Assembly: GCA_030141605.1 (NCBI GenBank)
Contig: JAQGDQ010000470.1
Span: 1-64,000, forward strand
Length of the DNA stretch: 64,000 nt
Origin: Tubiluchus corallicola
Taxonomy: Eukaryota > Animalia > Priapulida
Reading direction: 5' to 3'
Each line of letters begins with the position of its first letter. Position 1 is the first letter of the stretch. The position numbers and the translations under genes are program-made. Below are positions 1-11,958 of the stretch, in pieces. Below the pieces are notes generated by a model that saw only the letters and a list, made by a program, of their open reading frames with translations, did not search any database and was not told the origin of the DNA.

Positions 1-190
1 ACCTCACGTCAATAAACGGCTGCGGCCTCCTCAATAATCCACCAACAAGTACTACCACTATACGACTCAGCTCATAAACATAACATATAAATTTTACTTA
101 CGTACTAAACGCTTCCAGAAGTTTCTGTTTGATATGAAATGCATCACTCTTAAATATTCGTACATTAATATTTTCTAACCGTCATTTTCT

Positions 191-412
191 ACTAATGTCT
201 AATGTAATCTTGTAGTAAAACTTCTCGGCTTATGTAGGTATAGTCAATTCTTACTATAAATGTTAGTAATGTCTAATGTAATCTTGTAGTAAAACTTGTC
301 AGCTAGTGTAGTTATAGTCAATTCTTGCTGTAAATGTTACTAATGTCTAATATAATCTTGTAGTAAAACTTGTCAGCTTGTGTAGTTATAGTCTATTCTT
401 ACTGTAAATGTT
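191..412. repeat. 74-bp tandem repeat, 3 copies
   Basis: taatgtctaatgtaatcttgtagtaaaactt recurs at 193, 267 and 341. Confidence 0.9.
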
Positions 413-1444
413 TTTGTAAATAATGTATAAAGTCTGTTGTGGTGAGGATCCTAAATCATGTTGTTCAAACTGTCTGATTCAATCCTATAACAAATTATGT
501 TTAAACTAGCTAACTGTTAGTAAGTTGCAATTCTTTCTGCAATGTATGTTTAAAAGAGACAAAGGTAATTTGAATTGGGCTAAAATGCTTTCCTATTTCT
601 GAAAATTATTTTAATTAACACCATATTTCCCTTTTACCTTTATTAGAACACAGTAACAGACAATGAGGTGTTGGATGCTAATTCGTTTACATTTGTTTAC
701 TTTAGTTTTGTTTAGTTTATTTGACACCCATAAAATTATACAATAAAGTAAATAAAAATACTAAATGTATGATAAAGAAATAGTCAAAAGGGTGGCGGAA
801 GAGACGCACAGAGACACACTGCCTAAATGCGCCTTGTAATATGATTCGCAACATTTCAGAATATCCAAAATAATGTAATATTAAACAATGTAATTTGTTT
901 ACATGTGGCTGTCATAATACAAATACGTTTGGTCTCGAAAGCTATAAAGAGTTTTTCAATCTGTGGTGTCTGCTATTCTATACGGACCAGCCAATCTGGA
1001 GATTTTTAGCGGATAACCTAACCAATTGTGAACCTACACAGACGGAATAATATAGACAAATTACTTTAATGTACCGCAGATAATTAATTTAGCACTACGT
1101 AATTAATTTACCCCAATTTCAAATTGTTTCTCGCCCCACAAATCTCGAGCCGCACTACGTCACATTGCAAAACAACCTCAGTGAAAAGAGAGCTAAATGG
1201 GTTGATTTATTTAACGCATTTCAATTACCAGAGGGCATCTGTCGCATTATCCATTGTTATCTGGTTGACTGTCTTTAGGTCACCAGCTTTCCTTTCTGTT
1301 AATTTTCTTTACTGCCATTGGCGTTCGTTAGCAACACAAAGTTGGTGAAAATAATAACCACAGTAAGGTCCAGTATTCATAACTGCTATTTCATTTGATT
1401 CAATTGTACTTATCGTATATAGTACTATATACGTACTTATTGCA

Positions 1445-2130
1445 CTATATATAATAATCTTTATTTGCCATTAAAATAAATTGATAATCACTGATAAAAA
1501 CTTTACAGAGATGATCAATCAGTGTTAGTTAATAAAAACTTACACTGCTAAAGGCAAATACGTCAGTACAATCTAAACTACTGTGCAGTAATGGAAAGCA
1601 ACGACGAATAAAATCAAACATATTTACAACTATGTACAAAAAAATGAAAAAAATATGATTTAATTAATGCGGCAGTGGATGTAAAAATTCTGAATTAGTG
1701 TGTATGTTGTTATACTGGTGTGATGGTATTTCATATTTCGTTAATATTAGTGATTTTATTTTTGTTTTAAATGCTGATAGGGACTTGAATATTATGAAAA
1801 TTTAGATAAGCTGGTTGTTCATGTAAAACAAAATACAACACGTTTACAACGTCCATGTTATAAACTTTGTAATAACAGTTAATGCATCCACATGAATTAT
1901 TGTAAAGAAAGGGAGAAATTTGAAGGATAATTTGATAGTCTAACGAGGGAGAAGCGCTGAATGTCCGAGGTTCCTAAATTACCCTTTCTTTAGTAACCAA
2001 AGCTGAAAAAGTGTCAGTAAAAAGAGAAACAGTTGATTGCAATGCTAACATATACATTTTACAATATTTGCATACACAAACATCATTAATAACAGTGCAA
2101 AAAACAAACAATATAAGCATTTATGAAAAC
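1445..2130 (-). mobile_element. Eroded CR1/L2-type LINE 3' fragment
   Basis: Minus strand around 1730-1800 reads FKSLSAFKTKIKSLILTKY, like the SLxxFKxKLK end of CR1/L2 ORF2. AATAAA and a short (TTA) tail follow near 1450-1465. Confidence 0.45.
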
Positions 2131-2561
2131 TAATCTATCAGTAAGCCGTCTAACACGAGCTTAATGTTCTACGTGATCTAAGACACAGTATCTACACATT
2201 GCCAATGAATCAGTTTGGCAGAAGGCTTAATATCTAAAATTAGGTTAGGTACAAGTTTAGGATCACGTATGCCATGCAAGGTCAAAACTACCTATGAATG
2301 CGGCTTCAACAAGTTGTTGAAATCGCGACTGTTTTACACTTGCAACAGTCCGCGACAAATATGATTACGTGAAATTTTGTTTGCAGAATCTTGAAGATAG
2401 TTGATTAGCGAAGTCCCCGTTTTAAAGATGTCTATTTTAATAACTGCTTCAGATTTCCCACAAAAGATTGTTTTAAGATCGTAAACCATTGGCGTGTGAT
2501 GCTTGTTTATCGTAAAGCGTGTTAAACTCTGTGAAAAATTAGACTACCGGGTGTCGCTGTC

Positions 2562-2594
2562 GTGACTGACGACGACAACGACGACAACGCGATA

Positions 2595-2674
<80 letters not shown>

Positions 2675-2930
2675 GATGATCATGATGATGACGATGATGA
2701 TAGTGATGGTGATGATGATGATGACGATGATGATGGTGGTGATGACGATGAAGATGATGATGATGATACTGATGATAGTATAATGTAATGTGATGTGATG
2801 TGATGTGATGTGATGTGATGTGATGTGATGCGATGCGATGCGATGCGATGCGATGCGATGCGATGCGATGCGATGCGATGCGATGCGATGCGATGCGATA
2901 CGATACGATATGATACGATACAATACAATA
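2562..2930. repeat. Compound microsatellite: (GAT/GAC)n followed by graded pentamers (GATGT, GATGC, GATAC)
   Basis: Directly visible; explains the poly-M, poly-I and HRIAS ORFs. Confidence 0.95.
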
Positions 2931-3588
2931 TATTAGTAGTTATAATCCCTATGATTCCTTATGAATCTCTTATTACTTGAGACTCAACCACATTTAATCG
3001 CGTTTTTATCAGCATATTTTAGCTCATCAGTATGTTTCTACTCTACAGTTTCTTCTGAAATAATAGCATAAATCAACAAATTCTGCTTGATAGGTAAGTT
3101 AACAAAACGACAGTTGGCCAATTTAGTCTTTAATAAAAGAACTGTGAACATTTCTCTCGAAAACCTGTTGAAAGTTTTGTTTAGTTTTAAATTAAAAATA
3201 AAACCAAATCAGCCGTGTGACCTAAACTGACTAAATAAAGCGTGTCTGACACCCTAGTACTGTCAGTGTGAAGTTTCATAACCTGTGTCAGAAGTGTATT
3301 TTCAATTAATGCAATTACAGTAATCTGCATTCAAAGATTGTTCGTCACTACCAATAACTAGCTGTGACATGATCGGTTTGCTTAAGTAGTTTGTTCTGGC
3401 AGCAAATACCACGTATCAATATGTAAAATAATAAGTTTCTTATAATCAATTTTAACTGCCTCAGTTGTCTTAAAAGCAAAACATTCCAGAGTTGAGTTTT
3501 TGGTATATATTCAACATTATCAGTCTATTTTCGATTGTCAAATACTAAACTTACGCTACAAGTTTATGCTAAACCAATGCTATATTTT

Positions 3589-3619
3589 ATGATGATTATG
3601 ATGATGACGATGATGATGA

Positions 3620-3714
<95 letters not shown>

Positions 3715-3781
3715 AATGATGAATGATGATGATGATGATAATCAGGATCATGATCATGATGATAGTAATGATGATGACGAT
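3589..3781. repeat. (GAT)n microsatellite
   Basis: Directly visible. Confidence 0.95.
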
Positions 3782-6700
3782 AAAAATAATGTATAAAATT
3801 TTAACACACAAAAAGTCAAACATCTTTTATAACAACCCAGCGTATGATATTATACTGTACCATGATAAGCTGCATCATTCCATATCACCTGCATACCATG
3901 CCATGTGAACCACATCAATATTATTACTCGACGTTATTTCACATCTCCTCCCTCCCCCCCTAATCTTTTCATATGTGCTTTGTTCCCTCCTCAACAGTTC
4001 ACCACAGCCGTCGTCGCTCGAAATCTTGCAAAACTATCGAAATATTTCTCTATATTTAACTACGTTTAAATATTTGTGAGTCAGTAAAATCTAGTCATTG
4101 TACCTTTAATTATTCACTTTGTCGGAATGAACTTTATATTCACCTCTGAAATAAAAAGTTTGTTTACATTTGTTTACATTTATAAGCTTTCAGATTTAGA
4201 AAGTTTTTATGACAATACTCTACGAATTTATTAAATTGATTCTACATTTTTATCATTATGGTCATCATCATCATAATCATCATCATCATCAATTCTAATG
4301 ATGACTTGCTTAATCCAACGACGCGGTATCATCAGCAAATTTTATCAAGGAACTTGTAACTGTAAAATTGTGTTCGACAGTCATCTGTATACCGTTTCCT
4401 ACTGTTACGATATTACCACGTACTCAAACTTACTATTATAAGCGTTTTCAAAACTCACTAAACCATCGCAAGAGTTCCATTATTTTATTTTACTTAGTTC
4501 CCCCATGGAATGGCTTTTCGTGCAATTCTTTGAGCATTTTGGGATCGGAGAAATCGTCGTGAACTTGATTACAAACAAATTTTAACCATTATAACCAACG
4601 AATGTGAAAAAAATGTAAATAACAAAAAAATTAATGTGGGATTATTCTCAGTTATTTTTAATCACATGATAAAATTATGAAAAAGGTTATGCATTGATAG
4701 ATACATTCAGTTTAACCCTAAACGTGCTCTTCAAGTAGTATTTTTGAGTTACTCTCTTGAGAAGTAACTCTATAAAGCTATCCATTTCGTTGATGTAATA
4801 AGTTGTCAGCCAGTTTCTACAATGCGACATCGCAACAGCATTGCTCCCTGTTTTAAATGTTTACGGAAACGACGGCTTTATGACAACGGTAAATAGCATT
4901 CTAGATGACATAATCCGTGCAGGAGGGAAAAAAGTCAACAAGTAAGCACCCAAATGCTTCGCATTCAGGACTAATTCATTGTTCCGATTGTCCATATTCT
5001 GATCATGGTATTCTATTCTGTTAGAAACTTGGTCAATATCAAGGTCATTTTGCCAGTTCTTCCTACAAAAGCGTCGGTCAGTGTCACGTAACGGTCATGC
5101 TCATTGATGTCCAACGCGATAAGATCATAACTGGATTACAACCACGCTCGACCATTCTAGTTTTACTCTTACCATCACTGGGTCTGGATGCCTATCTATA
5201 ATACTAATACCCATTCTTGTTTAGAATTAATAAATGACTTGTCAATTTCGAGCAGTCGCAACGCCTCAGTAATGATAAAAGCACGATAAAACGGCCGGAT
5301 GATCGTAATTGTCCACTATACAAAGGTGAAAACGTAATCCCTCGCGTGTGACCACCAGCAGTACGGAAGTGTAATACTGGAGCAGGTAAAAATTTATCTT
5401 TTGCAATCATTTGTAAAAATTGTATCCGGTGCAAAAGTGTGCTGCGGACAATATTATGTTCAATAAAACGTAACAGGACAATTGGTTATGCAACACATAT
5501 ATAATAATATTCACACATGTTATTGTCTACCTTCAGTCTATTTTCATAATAAGTGATGAAATACATTGTAATGAAGGTTTAAACAATATAAACGCGTTTA
5601 TTCGGTGATGAGTGTTTTTAGAGCATAGAGTGTTATAGTCTATAAAATTTATAACGATCCATTAATCATTCTGATTTTCTATTCTTGTAAGCATTACAGT
5701 TGGATTCCACAGGCTAAAAAGGTAAGAAATTTTACACATTGTGCAATATTTTTACATGTTTGTTAGGTGTGTTTACCGTGTTTAATATTATTTGAATTTT
5801 ATTTCACAGTAATTATTTGCATAGTTCAAACTGTAGTTATGATTTTTTGCAATAATCATTATGTTATCACGCAAATCTGTAAAGTATAAGGCGCTATTAC
5901 TTTGAAATTTCTAGCCACGTGCCTGTATGGTTTTATTCCAGGTTCTCTTTGCTTAAAGCAACTTCATCTGCTTAAGCTGCGTTCACAACACGAATAAACA
6001 TTTACATGGCATTTGTTTTGTTGACATGTGTAGAGCCTCAGACAATGTTCATGATCTATATTATTTATTTTATATTATATTATTTAGTACATTTATAAAT
6101 ACATATATACTATCAGCAAACCATTTGAATATACTTACATACCTCTTTTCAAAGATAAACACTTAAACAAAAGAACAGTTAACATAAATATAAACTCTCA
6201 CTTAATTGTTCACATTGTTTACTAATCTTGTTAATTAATGTTATTTTGCTTGTTGATCTGTTTGTTTATTTGTGTAATTGTACCATGAGTACGAATGAAA
6301 TGATCTTATACATAAAACGAATTCAAACAAACACTAAACAAGGTCATAAGCGAATATGAAAAGCAACAATTAATGTCTGGAATTCAGCACGTGAAGAAAT
6401 AAAATCTTCAACGAGTTGAAAAGATCTCCGAGAGAAACTAAAGAGTACACTACTCAAAAATTATGAGAGGTCTCCCCTTACAAAAATGATAAAACAGTTA
6501 CAAATAATGATTATGTCTATACATTACCAGCAGCATAATGTAAATTCCATCTAATAATCGAAATAGGAAAGGCTCTCTGTAAAAATACATATTTTAAAGT
6601 CATTTTTAAATGTTTTGTGCGCATGCGTGGTCGATGTGAATTTGTGAAGTTAAATTTTGTAATTCAATTTTAATTTTACGCTATGTAAATATGTAAATTT

Positions 6701-7182
6701 TACCTTTTTTATTCACTTTTAAAAAAATTAACTTTTGTAAAAAAAATTTAGAATAACACTATTGCCTACAACTCTCTTTAACTGATTATCTGGTCATACA
6801 TATAATATTTTATGCTTGTCTGGTACAAAGAATATTAACATGGAAAGCTTTCGATGGTGGCTAGTATTCAAAAGAGAAGCATTTTGCAATTGCAACAAAT
6901 TTGGGTGTGCTTTAAGTATGTCACTTTTAAGTATCTTAAGTATTTTAGGTATCATAGTACACAACATATCTTATCCTGACATAAAATACAGAGACGTAAA
7001 TCATACGCAGGCTGCAAAAAAAACAAAGCTGCACAATACACATACATGTACATGTATTTCATATAGGAACTTGTGCATTTACACACATTTTACCAGCTAT
7101 GCTTATGTTTCGTAAATTCACGAAATGTACAACTTATAATTTTAGCTACATTGAAATGAGTATTCTTTTGTGAAAATTGTCG

Positions 7183-7643
7183 TATCCTGACCCAAACCCA
7201 ACCTGGCAATATCGTGACCCAGACCCAACCTGGCAGTATCGTGACCCAGACCCATCCTGGCAGTATCGTGACCCAGACCCAACCTGGCAGTGTCGTGACC
7301 CAGACCCATCCTGGCAGTATCGTGACCCAGACCCAACCTGGCAGTGTCGTGACCCAGACCCATCCTGGCAGTATTGTGATGCAGACCCATCCTGGCAGTA
7401 CCGTGAACCAGACCCATCCTGGCAGTATCGTGACCCAGACCCAACCTGGCAGTGTCGTGACCCAGACCCATCCTGGCAGTATTGTGACCCAGACCCATCC
7501 TGGCAGTATCGTGAACCAGACCCATCCTGGCAATATCGTGACCCAGACCCATCCTGGCAGTATCGTGACCCAGACCCATCCTGGCAGCATCGCGACCCAG
7601 ACCCAACCTGGCAATATCGTGACCCAGACCCATCCTGGCAGTA
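7183..7643. repeat. 27-bp GC-rich minisatellite, about 17 copies
   Basis: Unit tatcgtgacccagacccatcctggcag; gives the 9-aa periodic ORFs in four frames. Confidence 0.95.
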
Positions 7644-9045
7644 CAGAGTTTCTTTTCGTGATTTTATAGGTTTCAGATTTCATAGCTTAAAATGATAAAC
7701 TTGAAACATTTTTATTCTGGGTTACTGGGATTTAGCGTCAGACCCAGTCCTTGGTTACCTTTTCTTGAAGATGCTTACGAAATGTATGTCAGCTAACGTA
7801 AATAGATGCGCTGTTTGTTAATTAATTTGTAGCCATTTTGGACCACGTTGATGGCCATGATGTGTAAAAAACTGAATGTATTATCCTTTTTACCTTTTTA
7901 TTCATCTTAGTGTCTAATAAGTTTTGCAAATAACTGCTTGCTATACACAAAAACGACCAAATTAATGTTTACAATGATATAATAATGATGTAGAACAGCA
8001 TTAGACCACGATCGTCTGAAATGTATTATTCCAAAATACAGTTCTCCATTCTTACACTAGCCTTGTGAGAAAACGGTACAATGGCGAAAGCAGAATGTTA
8101 ATTTGTAACAAATTAGCTTTCTGTTGGTTAAAGTCACAATAAAGTTCAGACTCGAGTACTTTGTTTTTGCAATTAGTCTAGTGAACTACAAGGCTGAAGT
8201 CAGATTTCAGTTCACTGCTTTCATTCATCAGTCACTGCTGCCAATTTTGTGTAATGAATAAATGAATAAATGAGAGCTTTTGCAAAGTGTAAATTTAATG
8301 GTATGCAGTAAAAGTTTGTGCATCGGTAGATTTTACAGTTTCAGGACACATTTTTCTGAACCAGTCATTGGGCCAATTTTGTGCCACGCGTAATAATTTC
8401 ATATTTGTATAGTCAGCAGTGGTAAAATATCGGTAAGTCCTTTTGTGTTACTGTTTAACAAATCCACAATGCGTGGATATTTAACTTGAAACGTATCAGG
8501 CGGTACTATTGAAATGTGGACATAATAATAGGTAACCGTGTTTGCAATTAGGCCATAATTTGCACATTATACCCAGGTAGATGAGCGAAGTTGTCTCTGT
8601 TCTTAGTCCAGCACCATGCAGGAAATTCAGGATTTTTATTTGATTATTCCGGAAAACACCAACATGGAGAGAAACAAAAGTAAGCAATCAAGAAGGATTA
8701 GATTAAGCAAATGGAAAATAGATGTATACACAATTACTAGAGCATTAACAATATCTTTAATGAACATTATCAACAGCAGTTACTTTGAATAATTTTACAA
8801 TTTTAATCCCGAAAATCAAGAACGCAGTACTTATTTGATCTAAGGAAACTACAACTAGTTCTTGAAGTCTTAACACTTTCACGCTTCGATTTTGAGCGAG
8901 TTAAAAACTCTTCGTGACCATCAACTGATTTAAATCGACGAAGTTAATCGACTATGCTCGCTTGCATGAAGTACTGCAGCCAGACAGACACGACTTTTCA
9001 TGATCATGGCTGACTGTTTACCTTAAGCCACTAGACAGCAGATAC

Positions 9046-9082
9046 AATAATAACAATAATAACAATAATAATAATAATAATA

Positions 9083-9120
<38 letters not shown>

Positions 9121-9154
9121 TATTATTATTAATATTATTATTATTATTATTATT

Positions 9155-9205
<51 letters not shown>

Positions 9206-9209
9206 TTCA

Positions 9210-9246
<37 letters not shown>

Positions 9247-9254
9247 CATTATTA

Positions 9255-9331
<77 letters not shown>
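9046..9331. repeat. (AAT)n/(ATT)n/(ATC)n compound microsatellite, expanded tail of the adjacent LINE
   Basis: Directly visible; follows the LINE AATAAA on the minus strand. Confidence 0.9.
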
Positions 9332-9332
<1 letters not shown>

Positions 9333-9943
9333 GAGTTTATTTCGTATAAAATATACAGTTTACAAAGATAAAGATGTTAGTAAAATAACATATCTACAGA
9401 AATTCAACTTTATAATAACCACTCATTGTAGTTCCTTTGTTACAGTACACAGTGTTGTAAGGAGCTATAATAGATGTCTTAAAACATAATTTTTAAATGA
9501 GTTCTTAACCTTTAATTTTACATTTTCGTTTAAATCTACAGTACAGCCATATTTAAATCTTAAATTTACTCGACTGTTATTTACATAGTAGCATAGCTTT
9601 GGAATTCTCAATGTGCAAGACTTTGCAATTTTTCTCACAAAGTTTATTTTTCGACTATCTATTAAATAATTCGCAGGCATTGTGCCACAAAAATACATTA
9701 ACAATTTGACGCTTTCATTTTGTCTAAAACCGAATATTTTTCTATAAGCAGTGTTCCATTTACCCTAACGGCATTAACTTCATTGTTTGATATACCCCCA
9801 ATTTCGCATCCGTATAACAAAATGGGTAGACAATATGTATTGATCAGAGTTTTAGCTACTATGTCATTACGATTATGGCCCATACTTGAGAGAATATTAT
9901 CCACGGAACCAATAAATCTGCATGTATTATAATTTAAGATCAA
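9332..9943 (-). mobile_element. 5'-truncated, frameshifted non-LTR retrotransposon (L2/CR1 group) ORF2 C-terminus
   Basis: LINTYCLPILLYGCEI, then after a frameshift WNTAYRKIFGFRQNESVKLLMYFCG, typical post-RT motifs. Ends gaaataaactca followed by (TAA)n. Confidence 0.75.
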
Positions 9944-11033
9944 AATACGACCTCTTCACCGTGAACAGCACTTAAAACACGATGCAGTTTGTAAATTGTT
10001 CATCTTTTCCCGTGTCACTTTTTTCGGCAAAGCGCACACCATATCCAGAACTGACTGGCAGGGTCTACCATTTTCGGTGATTGTGACACGACTGGAACCT
10101 GTACAATTATCAATTCTAACCTTCTAAAAGACGACGCGCTGAAGTGGCAAAGGTGTTCTTAGGCATGATAGGATACGTATAGTTTTTTAGTAAGAGAAAT
10201 AGGCAAGAGACAATAGCAATTTTCCAGACAGCCACCTTCTATAAGAACCAACGTCTTGCTGGTTTATTGACAAAGCTCTGTCCGTCTTATAATGAAAGAT
10301 AAAAAATTGGCAACGCAAACATTTTTACTTTGTTGCAAAACGAATTCAGAAGATGAAGTAGCAAATTATTTATAAATTTTCGTTATCTACAAAGCATTAG
10401 GAGTACAAATGTTATAATTCACTCCATTAAAATGCTCTACTCTTCAATTTACTTAACTAGGGCATAAATATGTTTTGGTATTTCGAATAAACAGTCAAAT
10501 TTAATGCATGAAATTTTATTAGCATAATAAATTAAAATATGATGAAACTATTTTCGCAAACTGCGATGTCGCCGACGGAAGCACGCATGCTGGAAAACCT
10601 AAATTAAATAATTGGCATAAAATACAAATACATGTACCTTAAACCTACTAAACGTAAGTTGAGTTGTAAAGAAATTATTCACAATGAACAAAGTCACTAG
10701 GCGAATTCGAGTTTTACAGGAATTCATCATAAAAAAATTGGCACAAAACCGTAAAACAACCCAAACTAATTGATCGCAGCCTCGTTTCGAAACCAAAGTT
10801 GTGGGCATTTTGTTACTCTTGATGCTTTTTTACACAAGCGTGCGGACATTTTGACACTTTCTGTAATCGGTTCTCGTTTACTGCTCGTGTGTGGATCAGA
10901 TGAATATTTTGTACTGGGTTTAACTCTGCTTTCTCTCGTCTATTGAACGCGATAGTCCCACAAAAACTGCGTTCAGTTACCGAAATGCAGAAACTGACTG
11001 GCCATTGATTCATGGTTATTTGTACCAAACATT

Positions 11034-11391
11034 CGCTTTTTTCAATTTCTAACACGGTAAATCGGTGTTAAATTATCGAAAGGTATTATTATATTATTAA
11101 AAGGTATTATTATATTATATTAGTAAAATATATTATTAAAAGATACACTTCCAGTACGAATTAATTAAACATCTTAGTAATTGTCGATTTGGTAACCATT
11201 GATTCATAATTATTCATACCTAACAATCGCTTTTTTCAATTTCTAACACGGTAAATCAATGTTAAATTATTAAAAGGTATTATTATATTATTAAAGGGTA
11301 TTATTATATTATATTAGTAAAAGATATGATTAAAAGATACACTTATAGTACGAATTAAATAAACAAGTTAGTAATTGTCGATTTGGTAACC
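11034..11391. repeat. About 195-bp tandem duplication, 2 copies
   Basis: cgcttttttcaatttctaacacggtaaatc...gtcgatttggtaacc at about 11034-11198 and 11229-11391. Confidence 0.85.
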
Positions 11392-11958
11392 TTTTTCAAA
11401 AAATTAGCTCCTCTGTTAAAATTTTTATCAGCTCTGTGCAACGGCTAAGAGAACGTTTTTACAATGCCCTGTGATTGTTGTACTAATCTCGTATAAACGC
11501 TTTAAATAAACGCAATGTTGAAGTTCAAAGGTATAGTCACGTGTTTAATTATAGCGAAGACAGGCGGCACAATCAAGAACAAACTCTGTGTTTGTATGTA
11601 GAGACCCGGTAGTGAAAGTTTGCAATATAATTATGGCTAATAGCGTATAATCGGTAGAAGAGAGTCTCTAATACGCCCAAGCAAGCGCGGAAATACACCT
11701 TACTGGCCAGGGCAATTTATTTCTAATTAGAAATCCAACTTCTGCTTTACAAATCTAACTTCTGCAAGTGTAGACGCAAAATACAGTGAAATGTCATTAA
11801 ACTGTTAACTTAATGCACATTTTACGTAATTGGGTGCTGAAGTAAATTCGTTTCATGTTCCAGTTGTTTTGCAATTGAGCTGCAATGTTTCTATGCTCTT
11901 GAGAAGATAAAAACGAGTGATTTTTGTTTTTTTTTCAGAAGATTAATCCTGTCATAAC

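Noticed and set aside
920-1000. RVFQSVVSAILYG, reminiscent of a LINE post-RT motif
   Set aside because: Too short and degraded to support.
2522-3908. Poly-Met/Ile/Asp/His ORFs
   Set aside because: Translations of (GAT)n and pentamer microsatellites.
11536-11543. Perfect GTCACGTG about 420 nt upstream of the ZP start codon
   Set aside because: A single 8-mer in probable intron sequence; similar sites also occur inside MITEs in this window.
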